Positions 45,933 through 57,462 of a DNA stretch of 64,000 nucleotides are shown piece after piece (positions within the stretch are counted from its first letter, which is position 1; the number at the start of each line of letters is the position of its first letter). The translations under genes were made by a program, and so were the position numbers. This DNA is from Savitreella phatthalungensis (lineage: Eukaryota), in the NCBI GenBank assembly GCA_051599415.1, contig AP039697.1, positions 248,001 to 312,000 on the forward strand. The letters run 5' to 3'. The notes under the pieces are model-generated. The model saw nothing but the letters and a program-made list of their open reading frames with translations, ran no database searches and was not told the DNA's origin.

Positions 45933-47299
45933 ATGTCAGGACAAGGCCTTGGAGAGCCAGCGCCTAAGAAGCAGAAGACCGATGCTGGAATAGCTAAAGC
46001 TGCCAAGATCGATCCGAACTTCTTCGTAAAGTCTTCCGGCAAGCCCAAACCTGTCCTCAAGCTGAATCTGATCGAGCGAAATTTGCTTCGTGGCGAGTAC
46101 AGGACCGATAAGCTGCTAGAGAAGACCGGCTCGCAGAAGGACGTGAAAGTGGCGGCATTTGATCTCGATGGGACCCTGATCACGACGAAGTCCGGAGCCG
46201 TGTTCTCCAGAGATGCTGCTGATTGGGAATTCTGGGATCGTTCGGTCCCACGTAAGTTAGAGGAGCTCTATGCTGAAGGTTATGTGCTTGTGATCTTTTC
46301 GAATCAGGCCGGCGCCGCCCGGGAAAAGCAGCCTGGTCGTCATGATACATTAAGGCAGAAGCTCGTGGCTATCTGTGCCAATCTCGACTTGCCGCTGCTT
46401 CTATATGCTGCGACAGGTCACGATAACTTTCGTAAGCCCCGGACGGGTATGTGGCAAGCGTTGACGGATTGGCTACAACAGCATCAAATTGGCAGCAAGA
46501 TCGATTTGGCCGGGTCATTCTATGTCGGCGACGCCGCTGGACGACTCGCAGGCCCAATCTCTGGGTCCTCTCGAAAGGACTTCAGCGCATCTGATCGCAA
46601 ATTTGCGCTGAACCTCGGACTGCTCTTCCACACACCCCAGGAGTTCTTTCAAAACAAGTCGCTCGGTGGCAACGCATTCGACTTGGGTGACTTCGACCCT
46701 CTCAGTTATCAGTCGCCAGCCGACGCATCGTACACTTTCGAACGCAAGACAAAGCTCGAGCTACTTGTGCTGGTCGGCAGTCCGGCAGCGGGCAAAAGCA
46801 CATTTGTGAAGCAAGCACTAGAACCGCTCGGCTATGAAAGGGTGAATCAGGAGTATGGTGACTCCGCGCTTAAGATCATTGATAATTCAGGACTGACTAG
46901 CGCCATGACAGTATCCTAGGAAACATCGACAAATGCATAAAACGCGCGACAGCGATACTATCTCAGGGCACTTCCGTCGTCGTTGACAATACTAACGCCA
47001 GCAAATCAACGCGGCAGCGTTGGATCGCAGTCGGTCAAAAGTATGGGGCAAAATGCCGAGTCATTCATCTGACAGCGTCGCCAGCACTTTGCAAACACAA
47101 TAACGCAGTCCGCGCGCTCAGCCAGCAGACCTATGCTGCAGGCTCTTCCGAAAACCGAGATCTGCTGCCAGAGATAGCATTCCGCGGCTATGCTTCTCGC
47201 TTCGAGCAGCCAGCACTCGAAGAAGGATTTGAGGAAGTCATAGAACTCCCATTTGTCGTTGATGAAAGCAATGAGGCCTGGCGTCAATACTATCTTTGA
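45933..47299 (+). CDS. pnk1: Bifunctional polynucleotide phosphatase/kinase, ~435 aa, 2 exons
   Basis: HAD motif DLDGTL, RKPRTGMW, GDAAGR and P-loop GSPAAGKST. Intron 46853-46911 restores VNQDILG; exon 2 contains VVDNTN and ends WRQYYL* at 47299. Confidence 0.93.
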
Positions 47300-48332
47300 C
47301 TATGGACGAGTACTGATCGGGGACTGGCTCTTCTTCGCAGCAAAAGCCGCTTTGCGCTTGCTAACTGATGCCAGCAATTAGGGCAAATGAATACTTGCTA
47401 ACTACTGCTAATGAGACGACGAATCGGAAATTGAATCACTCGACAGTCGTTGCACGCAACGTCCGAGCTTGACTCTGTGTATTCTTGATGTTTCTTCATG
47501 TCGTTGTCTCTGCCGCTTTGGACGGACTATTTGTTTGTCTCGCAATTGGGTCAGTATTCGGACAGCAATGTTCATGGGGTCAGAGTCTAGCTTGGCTAGT
47601 CAGCCGGCTGTGGTCAAGCGACTTGCACCGATGAGTGAGAAAAGATGGAGTCGGGGAGGTTATGCAGCGAGAATGAGCCTCATTGAGTTGTCTGAAGATG
47701 TTGGAAGAACACTACAGATGACCGCATGACTATCGGCTGGGACGAACAGACATCTCTGTGGCGGAGTGTCTCCGGGAGGAGTTCCCCGCCGCACTGCCCA
47801 CAAGAGACAGGAGATTGAACCGCTGACCACCTGGGACGGTATGTTTCCACTGCGACGATGTCCGAGGACTTTCCCAAGAGCGTGCAAATATTTAGACGAC
47901 AACAATTGTCTCTCGTATGTTAGCTCCTTGATGCGGTCCTTTGCTGCACACCCTTTACCCGACTTTCTCATTCATCAGTCGAGTTGCTGACGCACATCAC
48001 AATAGCCTGAACTCAGCAATGTCTCTTTTGTTCCTGACATGGATATTGAGAAAGGTGAACAATCGCGCATTCGGCAAAGTAGTCAAACGCCAGGCGAGCG
48101 GCAGCATTTCCGTGGCTGAGGAAAAAGTGGCTCGTGTGCTGTATCAGCCTCAACCCCACCCAAGGGCCTAGCCGCAGAGCCCATTATGCGTTACAGAGCG
48201 CGTCATCGCACATTGGCGGTGCTCCCGACCGCAAGCCTCCATGCAGCACCAGACGGTCCAGACTGCAGTACGGTGATCGACTGAAGAAAACACTGCTAGG
48301 GCACCGTGTCAAGCACAGAATCAGCCCTGACA

Positions 48333-48731
48333 ATGTTTCGCAGTATCTGTGGACGCCGGGGGACCACCGAAGCGCGGCTTCGTACTCTTTCTAGTAGCGC
48401 AAGCAGCAAGTCCTTGCACGAGTTCCTGGTGATTGCATATGACCACACCGATTCAGAGTGCATAGAGCGGCGCCGCAAGACTCGACCGGCTCATCTTGAT
48501 GTCGTGAACGACAACATAAAAAGGGGCCATTTGCTTTGGGGAGGGGCTATGCTTGAATCAACGACGGAAAAGCCGCAAGGTAGCGCGATTCTCATGCTGG
48601 GCGAATCGATCGATCAAGTACGACAACGTGTCAAGGATGATCCTTATGTTCTTGGTAAGGTCTGGGACGAATCGCGAATCACGGTGATCCCATTCAAGAC
48701 AGCTGTGGCGGCGATGAACCGTACACAATGA
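48333..48731 (+). CDS. YciI-like domain protein with probable mitochondrial presequence
   Basis: FLVIAYD, RRKTRPAHL, GGAML, GSAIL and DPYVLGKVW motifs. First ATG at 48333. Confidence 0.85.
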   Translation: MFRSICGRRGTTEARLRTLSSSASSKSLHEFLVIAYDHTDSECIERRRKTRPAHLDVVNDNIKRGHLLWGGAMLESTTEKPQGSAILMLGESIDQVRQRVKDDPYVLGKVWDESRITVIPFKTAVAAMNRTQ

Positions 48732-48747
48732 TGATCGCTTTAAAGCT

Positions 48748-49361
48748 TCATTCGTTTTCCCGGCCTTCCCGCCGCACTCGACCCGTGGTCATCTGACCTT
48801 TCAGCTCTTTGTCTTCCTCTCGCGAGCTGTAATAGTCCGAAACGTCAGCCCGCGCATCAAGTCCAAATTCCTCGATTGCTAGATCCAGTACACCGACAAT
48901 TTCATCCATCGCTTGGCGCTTGACGGCTTCGACGTCATGTCCCTCGCTGTTCTTGTCTACGACGATGTTCTGACAAGCCCAGCAGAATCTTTTGGCCTCC
49001 TCCGACGACGAGAAGAAGTGCTTCAGCAGCGGCTGATCAGCGTTATCGTACCATGCTCGACTATTGCGAAAATCGTTCTCGATCCGGTGGAGGATGCCGT
49101 GCCAGTAGTCAGCTATCGCTTGTCCCTGGCTTTTTCGAACAAGCTTCTTCGTCAGCGTTCCAGCTCGATACAATCAGACCGAAGACTTACAAAATGCGCG
49201 CTGTAGAGGTCATCGTTCAAGAGATGGAGACCTGCCTCTATAGCTGGATGTAACTTTAAATCGGCGATCTTGATCCGCAGCTTCTCATCGTAGACCTTCG
49301 TTGGTCGCTTGAGCTCGAGCGGCGACCGGTCTTTGAGCTGCTGCACCACGATCGAGGCCAT
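48748..49361 (-). CDS. Conserved hypothetical protein, ~188 aa, 2 exons
   Basis: Intron 49144-49190 (GTAAGT..CTGAC.GAAGAAG) joins AGLHLLNDDLYSAHF|LVRK..YWHGILHRIENDFRNSRAWY. Confidence 0.85.
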
Positions 49362-49840
49362 GAACAATGGTGTCAGTTTACCACATACGAGCATAAGCTC
49401 ATGACGTACTAGCGTGTATCCCAAGACACAGTCAAGATCTTTTGCGGTGTGGAGCCGCAGACTGGGCGACTCTGGACCTGAACCCCGAGCTCCACAACCT
49501 GGTGCAATCTGACCTCGGGGAGATAGGCAATGGCAAAGGCACTGGAAAGAACTCTGGCTGTAGAGGCGGGAATCGCGCAAACACTAGGTCACGAAACCCA
49601 GTCTGACAACGCCGTGCAGGGTTAGTTCAATTCAGGGTCCCAGAAACAACACTGATTCCGCGATAGTTCCGATCAGACCTATAGCATACAATGAAATAGT
49701 CGAGCCTGTTATCGTATGGGATACATCACTAGGCAGCGGATATCCGAGCTTCATAGCACAGCATCGTTCGAGGTCCGTCATCCTTCTCCAAACGAAGCAA
49801 GGCGATTCTTGGACGCAGAGTTCTGGTCATCCGATAGAAT

Positions 49841-51382
49841 ATGGCATCAACCCTCACAGATGCAATCCTGAAGGGCAAATCCCTCAGCGGCAATGCCACG
49901 GCAATCATCATCCCGAATGGTGGCCCACAATTCACCTTCTCTCAGCTTGGTGACCTTGTGCATGATTTCCAGCAACAGCTAGCAGACGTGGGTGTTGGTC
50001 ACGGAGATGCCGTCAGCAGTGCATTTGCCAATGGCATCGAGTTCACAGTCGCATTTCTTGGGTCATGTGCTCAGCGCTGTATCGCTGCTCCGCTTAATCC
50101 TGCCTACAAGAAGGCCGAGTACGAGTTTTACATCCAGGATTTGAAGTCAAAGCTTGTCCTTGTGCCACGTGGATTTGTCGAGAAGGACGATCCGTCTGTG
50201 CAAGCAGCGAAGGAGTTCGGAGCTGCTGTTGCGGAAGTTTGGTGGGACGGCAAGCATGTCCATCTAGATCTCAAGATCAAGAATGCTGGCCTCAGAACAC
50301 GGCCTGTTGAGACCGCCAGGCCCGATGATTTTGCCCTCGTCGTGCACACTTCTGGTACGACGGGGCGTCCAAAGGCTGTGCCACTCATGCACAAGAATCT
50401 AATACGCACGATGAGCAATATCGTGAACACCTACAAGCTGACACCTAAAGACAGAACAATGCTCGTCATGCCCCTGTTCCACGTTCATGGACTCCTTTGT
50501 GGCTTGCTTGCCACTATTCTTGCTGGAGCGAGCGCAATCATCCCAGACAAGTTCAGCGCCGGGACTTTCTGGCGTGACTTCATCGAGCACAAGGCGAACT
50601 GGTACACGGCCGTGCCGACCATCCATCAAATCCTGCTACGCACGCCGCTACCGAAGCAAAGGGTTGACATTCGCTTCATCCGTAGCTGCTCGAGCGCACT
50701 TGCCCCATCCGTCCTGCACAGGCTCGAGGAAACATTCCACGCTCCGGTTCTTGAGGCGTATGCCATGTCTGAGGCAGCTCATCAGATGACCTCAAACCCT
50801 TTACCCCCTGGCGCTCGCAAGCCAGGCAGTGTCGGAATCGGCCAAGGTGTTCAAGTTGCTATCCTCGACCAGCAGGGAAACGTGCTCGGAGTTGATCGGG
50901 AAGGCGAAATTTCTATAAAGGGAGCGAATGTCACATCCGGGTACCTGAACAACGAGAAGGCCAATGCCGAGGCTTTCACGAAGGATGGCTGGTTCCGAAC
51001 GGGCGACCAGGGCAAGCTAGACGAGGATGGATACGTCTTCATCACTGGACGTATCAAAGAGCTGATCAATCGCGGAGGAGAGAAGATTTCACCGATCGAG
51101 CTCGATGGTGCGCTTCTGAGCCACCCGGCTGTTGCTGAGGCCGTCGCATTTGCGATCCCTAGTGAGCACTATGGTCAGGAAGTTGCCGCCGTCATCGTGC
51201 CGGCTAGCGGGCAGAAAGTCAGCCAGGAAGAATTGCAAAAGTTCATGGCTGACAAGGTGGCCAAGTTCAAGGTTCCCAAGCTGATCTATTTCACGGATGC
51301 GATCCCCAAGACTGGTTCCGGCAAGATTCAGCGCAAAAATGTCGCAGAGACATTTTACAAGCCATCCAAGGCAAAGCTCTGA
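49841..51382 (+). CDS. PCS60: Peroxisomal oxalate-CoA ligase (Pcs60/AAE3-like)
   Basis: AMP-binding HTSGTTGRPK, PLFHVHGL, RSCSS, EAYAMSEAAHQM and RGGEKISP motifs; PTS1 AKL. Confidence 0.93.
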   Translation: MASTLTDAILKGKSLSGNATAIIIPNGGPQFTFSQLGDLVHDFQQQLADVGVGHGDAVSSAFANGIEFTVAFLGSCAQRCIAAPLNPAYKKAEYEFYIQDLKSKLVLVPRGFVEKDDPSVQAAKEFGAAVAEVWWDGKHVHLDLKIKNAGLRTRPVETARPDDFALVVHTSGTTGRPKAVPLMHKNLIRTMSNIVNTYKLTPKDRTMLVMPLFHVHGLLCGLLATILAGASAIIPDKFSAGTFWRDFIEHKANWYTAVPTIHQILLRTPLPKQRVDIRFIRSCSSALAPSVLHRLEETFHAPVLEAYAMSEAAHQMTSNPLPPGARKPGSVGIGQGVQVAILDQQGNVLGVDREGEISIKGANVTSGYLNNEKANAEAFTKDGWFRTGDQGKLDEDGYVFITGRIKELINRGGEKISPIELDGALLSHPAVAEAVAFAIPSEHYGQEVAAVIVPASGQKVSQEELQKFMADKVAKFKVPKLIYFTDAIPKTGSGKIQRKNVAETFYKPSKAKL

Positions 51383-51589
51383 AGCTCGAGATCTCGACGA
51401 GATACATACCTTGTCCGTACCATGTATGCCTGCATATTTCCTGCAATTTTTCCGTAAACTCGTGCCGATCAATCTAATATCGAGTTGTCTACCACTATCG
51501 CGCCCGATGCATGACGTTCAGCGCGCCCCATTTTAAGATGAGAAGATCCCCCGCTCATCTACTTCATAGACGACGTGAGAAGAAGCACG

Positions 51590-52654
51590 ATGAGTGCGGA
51601 TACGCCTATCAGACCAAAGCGCAAGCTCAATAGCGTTGTGGGCGATCTAGTGTCCTCGGCAGGTCCAGCAGGCTACGAGTCTAGTGAAGAGGGTTCAGAG
51701 CAGCGAGCCGACCAAGACGCGAATAACTCCAAACGCCGCAAAGCCTCGATTACTGAGATCGAGCTTCCGAGCGAGGCAAGTCTCGAAGAGCATCCCATTC
51801 CTCCGACCGTGGAAAGTGCACACAAGAAGGCACAGGAGGGTCGGCCATACAAAATTAACGATCCGCCGAATGATCGGCCCGTTCGGGTTTATGCCGACGG
51901 AGTGTTCGATCTGTTCCATCTTGGCCACATGCGCCAGCTGGAGCAAGCCAAGAAGGCTTTCCCAAATGTCTACTTACTTGTGGGACTCCCCAACGACAAG
52001 GAAACGCATTCTCGTAAAGGCTTGACTGTTCTCAATGACAAGGAGCGATCTGAAACCTTGCGCCACTGCAGATGGGTCGATGAAGTTGTAGAGAACGCGC
52101 CGTGGTGTATCACGGCCGACTTCGTTGCGGAGCACAAGATTGACTACGTTGCTCATGACGACCTGCCGTATGCAGGTGCCGGATCAGATGACATTTACCA
52201 ACCTCTGAAAGACATGGGCAAATTCTGGCCAACGGACCGGACCGAGGGCGTCTCCACTTCTGATATCATCACGCGCATTCTGCGCAACTACGACCAGTAC
52301 GTCATTCGCAATCTGTCTCGCGGTGTGGATCGCAGAGAACTGAACGTCTCTCTTTTCAAAAAACATGAACTCGACTTCCGTAGGCACGCGGCGGAGCTAC
52401 GCGAAGCAATTCGTCAGAATTGGCAATTCGGCTCACGTGAGCTGCAGAACGATCTTCGCGCGCTACTATCTCCCTCGAGAGAAAGGTCGGCGCCAGGTTC
52501 TCCAAAGACTCCAGGGAACGGCGGATTCTTTGAGGGAGTCAAGCAGTACTGGTCCAAGAATGTCCTCGGTCTAGACATGAAGTCACAGCAGCGTTCGCCA
52601 TCACCCGAAATGGTCAAATTGGCCGAGGAGAGCGTGAGCGAAACACTCATGTAG
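51590..52654 (+). CDS. PCT1: Choline-phosphate cytidylyltransferase
   Basis: [15 protein letters not shown] (HxGH), AHDDLPY and RTEGVSTS motifs. First ATG at 51590. Confidence 0.96.
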   Translation: MSADTPIRPKRKLNSVVGDLVSSAGPAGYESSEEGSEQRADQDANNSKRRKASITEIELPSEASLEEHPIPPTVESAHKKAQEGRPYKINDPPNDRPVRVYADGVFDLFHLGHMRQLEQAKKAFPNVYLLVGLPNDKETHSRKGLTVLNDKERSETLRHCRWVDEVVENAPWCITADFVAEHKIDYVAHDDLPYAGAGSDDIYQPLKDMGKFWPTDRTEGVSTSDIITRILRNYDQYVIRNLSRGVDRRELNVSLFKKHELDFRRHAAELREAIRQNWQFGSRELQNDLRALLSPSRERSAPGSPKTPGNGGFFEGVKQYWSKNVLGLDMKSQQRSPSPEMVKLAEESVSETLM

Positions 52655-52845
52655 AAGAGTGGAAGAGTCCTTACTTTAGACGCCGTTTATTGTGCATCGA
52701 TGCCAATACATTTCAGGCTTGGGAATTAGACTTGCCATCGCGATGCACGTGCAGCGAGATCCTAAGGACGTGCACAGACCGCTCACAAGATCGAGGATAT
52801 TTGTGCCTTAGATACGCTCCTTTGTGTCCTACTCTCCTCGCCTTC

Positions 52846-55242
52846 ATGGCCTCACTCAAGGTGAATGTGCCTGCGTGCGATGCATCGTCTCCTGCGTTTC
52901 GCGATGCTTTGAAAGTCCTAATAGCGCTCGAGGCATACGGTGTCGAGGCGAGCGTGGCAGAAGCTGCAGGCAGTGATCGCGTCGAGCTTGATTTGCCAAA
53001 GGAACAGCACAAGAAGCTGATCGAAGCTAATGCAATCGTGCGCTATATTGCTAGCGCGAGCACTTCCATGGGTGACGTCCTCGAGCCAAATGAAGCGGCC
53101 CTCATTGAGTGGCAGGAACGGAACATCGCCAATCTAGACTTCAGCGCCTGTGCGAGCACGACAATGACTCTCAACGAAGCTGATGCACTGCTCTCCAAGG
53201 CAAAATTCCCAGCAGGGTCGCTTTCACCTGCACAGATCGTCCTTTTTGGCGCACTGTACCCCGCTGCGGCCACAATTGCGGCCATGAGTCCCGAGTCCGC
53301 CATCAAGACGTGGTTCGATTCTATCCTGAATATGCAAGCCGTCGTAAAGGGAATAGAGCGAGCTGCAGTGAGCACATCCACCGCAACGGGGAGAACGAAC
53401 GTCAGAAGCAGGACCAAGAATGTGAAAGCGAAGAGTGCTGTAAATGATGGTGCTGCGGCTGTAGAACTCGCTACTGATAGACCACGAGAGCGCAAGATAA
53501 AAGCGGGCACGGCCATGACGGTCATATATGAGAAGGAGATTCTGCCGAGAAAGGGCGAGCGCAACATTCTTGTCACTTCAGCATTGCCATACGTCAACAA
53601 CGTGCCACATCTGGGAAACATTATCGGTTCGGTTCTGTCAGCAGACGTTTTCGCTCGTTACAATAAGGCACGCAACCGCAACACACTCTACATATGCGGT
53701 ACCGATGAATACGGAACAGCGACGGAGACAAAGGCCTTGGAAGAGGGCATCTCGCCCCGCGAGCTGTGTGATAAGTTCCACGCAGTCCACGCCGAGGTCT
53801 ACAAGTGGTTCGAGATAGGGTTTGACAAATTTGGGCGCACTGCAACGGAGAAACAGACGACCATCGCACAAGACATCTTCACAAAGCTGCATGATAACGG
53901 CTTCCTGAGCGAGAAAACCACTACCCAGCTGTATGACGAGACACATGGCAAATTCCTTGCTGATAGATTTGTGGAGGGCATTTGTCCCGATTGTGGCTAC
54001 GATGACGCACGCGGCGATCAGTGTGACGGTTGTGGCCATCTGCTCAACCCGCTTGACCTGAAGGAGCCACGATCGAAGTTGGGCGGCAAGGTCATCGTCA
54101 AGGACTCCAACCACATTTTCTTGTCCCTTGACAAGCTACAAGCAGAGACAGAAGCATGGGCGGAGAAATCCGCAGCAAAGGGTCGGTGGTCTAGCAACGG
54201 CGTGGCGATTACGCGGCAATGGCTCAAGCAAGGTTTAAACGAGCGTTGTATCACTCGTGATCTTGTCTGGGGCACCCCTGTACCTCTTGAGTCCATGAAG
54301 GATAAGGTACTCTACGTATGGTTCGACGCCACCATCGGATACATCAGCATCACGGCTAATTATACTGATGGCTGGCAGCAATGGTGGCAGAATCCGGACG
54401 AGGTTGAGCTATACCAATTCATGGGCAAGGACAACGTTCCATTCCACACCGTGGTGTTCCCTGCATCGCTCATCGGAACACGTGAAGCATGGACAATGCT
54501 GCATCACATCAGCACGACAGAATATCTGCAATATGAGGGCGGTAAGTTCTCGAAGTCGCGCAACATCGGCGTCTTTGGCAACAATGCACAGGATACCGGC
54601 GTCCCGCCGAGTGTGTGGAGGTATTATCTGCTGTCATCGCGACCCGAGACTTCTGATGCCATGTTTGCATGGTCAGATTTCATCTTGCGTAACAATGCAG
54701 AGCTGCTTGCAAACCTGGGCAATTACGTGAATCGGATCGTCAAGTTCGTGAATGCGAAGTACGCCGGCATAATTCCAGACTTCTCAGCAGGCAGAGACGT
54801 GGGTCTTGTCAATGGGCATGCATTTGTGGACGATGTCAATGCACTACTCAAGCAGTATATCGATCATCTGGAGGCGTGTCGGGAGCGGGCAGGCTTGTCG
54901 ACTGCTATGGCGATTTCCTCGCGGGGGAATCAATTCTTGCAAGACAACAGAATCGATAATACTCTGTTTGCGAATGAGCCAGAGCGCTGTGCCAGCGTGG
55001 TCGGTCACGCCCTCAATCTGGCCTACGTGCTAGCTGCCATCATCTGGCCGTTCATGCCCTCTACAGCAGAAAATATGTGCCAGCAGTTGAATGCACCATT
55101 ACCAAGGATTCCGGAGCAATTTGATACAGAGGTGCTACAACCAGGTCACTCTATCGGTAAGGCCGCATATCTTTTCAGCCGCATCGACGAGAAGAAGGAA
55201 GAGGAGTGGCGAGCTAAGTATGGCGGATCAACCAAGAAATAA
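52846..55242 (+). CDS. MES1: Cytoplasmic methionyl-tRNA synthetase
   Basis: PYVNNVPHLGN (HIGH-type), CPDC..CDGC knuckle, KFSKS; N-terminal extension of likely GST-like type. First ATG at 52846. Confidence 0.97.
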   Translation: MASLKVNVPACDASSPAFRDALKVLIALEAYGVEASVAEAAGSDRVELDLPKEQHKKLIEANAIVRYIASASTSMGDVLEPNEAALIEWQERNIANLDFSACASTTMTLNEADALLSKAKFPAGSLSPAQIVLFGALYPAAATIAAMSPESAIKTWFDSILNMQAVVKGIERAAVSTSTATGRTNVRSRTKNVKAKSAVNDGAAAVELATDRPRERKIKAGTAMTVIYEKEILPRKGERNILVTSALPYVNNVPHLGNIIGSVLSADVFARYNKARNRNTLYICGTDEYGTATETKALEEGISPRELCDKFHAVHAEVYKWFEIGFDKFGRTATEKQTTIAQDIFTKLHDNGFLSEKTTTQLYDETHGKFLADRFVEGICPDCGYDDARGDQCDGCGHLLNPLDLKEPRSKLGGKVIVKDSNHIFLSLDKLQAETEAWAEKSAAKGRWSSNGVAITRQWLKQGLNERCITRDLVWGTPVPLESMKDKVLYVWFDATIGYISITANYTDGWQQWWQNPDEVELYQFMGKDNVPFHTVVFPASLIGTREAWTMLHHISTTEYLQYEGGKFSKSRNIGVFGNNAQDTGVPPSVWRYYLLSSRPETSDAMFAWSDFILRNNAELLANLGNYVNRIVKFVNAKYAGIIPDFSAGRDVGLVNGHAFVDDVNALLKQYIDHLEACRERAGLSTAMAISSRGNQFLQDNRIDNTLFANEPERCASVVGHALNLAYVLAAIIWPFMPSTAENMCQQLNAPLPRIPEQFDTEVLQPGHSIGKAAYLFSRIDEKKEEEWRAKYGGSTKK

Positions 55243-56418
55243 TCATGTCGCAGACTCCCCGATCGGACAGGCGCCGAGACGCGAATTGTAGCGAGCAAAT
55301 TGCTCAGGAGTCCTTATCCCTCCTTCACCTCACGAGTCTCTTACAAACTCACCGAAGTCAGGTAGTAGTGTCCTCGACCTGGCAAGATTCGCGGGGCATC
55401 CTCTGAGCATCGTGCATCGATCTGTAACTAGACTGGAGACATTGCCACAGAGCCACTCGAATGCGGTCAATTGTCCGGGTCTGTCATACGGACGGAAATG
55501 TTTGTGATTGGGTAGATCGACCAGGTGATCACGAGATCTACGAAGTCCGAGTTCGCTCGAGGGAAAGATCGGCCGGTATTCGTCACGCGGCTCTAGCGGT
55601 CTTGGAATCACTGCGTTTCACAATTAATTTACATGATATATGGCCTTAAAGAAAGAATTTCATTTATTTTTATGTATTCAGCGTGCTTTTTGATGACGAT
55701 TTGTAATTGCACATGATCGATTGATCACACGCTCATCAGCTTCGAGACAATTTGAGGCCTTCGCCTGAATCCTGTCTCAAGTAGGCTTGCTTCTCATTCG
55801 CGTTAAAGTCGCCTGCGGTATTGTAAGCTAGGCAGAAATCAATTTGGAAAAAACATAAAGACCTGCACACCTGGATGATCAAATTTTTAGCGCGCTAATA
55901 CGGAAGAAAGTATGAATAGATTTGATTGGAATGGCCGTATTAGAAAATTGCAATCATTTGACAAATGCTTTTTTCTCCCGCCTAAGCTTCGAGTGGACGA
56001 GCAGATAGAAAGTGAGGGTGTACAGTTAGCAGAGTATTGCATAGTCGTGCGGTTGTGTGTGCCCTCCTCTCCATGCATGAGCACCTTTCCGAGTTTGCCA
56101 ACCTGGACCTAGGGTAGTGTGACCTGCACTCCTGTCCACCCACCCGCAAAGCGCTCACCCTACCTCACGTCTCTTCCATCGCAGGTCGCTTTAAACCACG
56201 AAACATGGCGAGACATCTGGTCATCGAACGGCACGTCTACATACCCAGCATCTGAGCGCCGCTCTCGCGCGACTAAGAGGTCGCATCCCGCGTCGTCTCG
56301 TCTTCGAGCGCGCAGACCCGAGACATCATTCTATCTTCTGTTGCGGAAGAAAAGGAGGATCGTCTCGTGCTCGCGACTGGACGGACCGAACATACTTCCG
56401 ACTTCGTGAAGTGCGGAG

Positions 56419-57216
56419 ATGAGCCGCCACACCTATCCACTCCTCGCTGGCGAAGGTTTCGTCTGTGCTGACGATGACTGCCGCTGTAAGCTCAGTGCGG
56501 ACGATACCTGCTCGCCGAAGAAGAAAGTACACAAATCGGACAAGGTTGACCTACAAGCTGCTGCAGAGCTGTGGGTCGACGTGGATCCGACTGTGATGGA
56601 ACCGCCTGCGAACTTTGGGATCGTCCAGCCTGGGCTTTATAGGTCGGCATTCCCACAACCGGCAAATTACAGCTACCTCGATTCGCTTGGCATCCAGACT
56701 GTCCTCTGTCTAGTCGACGACGAGCCTCTACCGCAACAATATCTTCATTGGTTACGGTATCGCGGCATTCGCCTGGTTCATGTTGGCTTGCCGGGTCATA
56801 AGGAAGCGTTCAGAGACGGCGTTCCGGTGGCAAAAATCGTCGATGCGCTCTCTTGCATCCTCGACTACCATGGCTATCCCACCTTAGTTCACTGTAATCG
56901 TGGTAAGCACCGCACGGGCACCTTGATCGGCTGCCTGCGTCGCGTAGCTGGTTGGCACACTTCGCGGGTCCTCGATGAATATCGACGATATTCACATCCA
57001 AAAGAGCGCTTTACGGATATGAACTTCATCGAGCAATTTCGCCCAGAGTCCTTCATGGCTAGTAGTGTACGTCAAGGCATCGCCAACATGCCGGACGACG
57101 CCAATGTCGCCAATGTCGAAAGAAGCAGGACAAGTGGACATGGCAGTATGCTCAACGTGCCATCTCCAGTCTTACCCGCTCGCAGCCCAGAGTTGACGCT
57201 ACCAGCTTTCGCCTAA
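56419..57216 (+). CDS. Siw14/Oca-family atypical dual-specificity (inositol pyrophosphate) phosphatase
   Basis: PPANFGIVQPGLYRSAFP and catalytic HCNRGKHRTG motifs. Confidence 0.9.
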   Translation: MSRHTYPLLAGEGFVCADDDCRCKLSADDTCSPKKKVHKSDKVDLQAAAELWVDVDPTVMEPPANFGIVQPGLYRSAFPQPANYSYLDSLGIQTVLCLVDDEPLPQQYLHWLRYRGIRLVHVGLPGHKEAFRDGVPVAKIVDALSCILDYHGYPTLVHCNRGKHRTGTLIGCLRRVAGWHTSRVLDEYRRYSHPKERFTDMNFIEQFRPESFMASSVRQGIANMPDDANVANVERSRTSGHGSMLNVPSPVLPARSPELTLPAFA

Positions 57217-57462
57217 GTCGACGGAGTGCCGATTGCGCAAAAATATTAATGACCACAACCGCAACCTCTTTTAATGATTACCTACATGGCACATGAGCAA
57301 CACAATGATGCAACGCTCAAACGGTCACAATGGATCTCCCTTTAGTGATGAAATGCAAGGCAGAGAATGGATTGAATACTCGACGTGTTGTCTGTTTTGC
57401 CAGCGTCCATGATCGAACAAATCGTAAATTGAATAAGACGTGCTTCAAACCTTCTGCCCTCT

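Noticed and set aside
47469..48300. Overlapping small ORFs and an intron-like element between pnk1 and YciI
   Set aside because: Could not be assembled into an open spliced frame.
52690..52845. Open in-frame region upstream of the MetRS ATG (non-AUG mitochondrial isoform?)
   Set aside because: The extension is Cys- and acid-rich rather than presequence-like, and it overlaps the expected PCT1 3' UTR.
55330..55649. Small ORFs after MES1
   Set aside because: No recognisable family and no convincing start or splice support.
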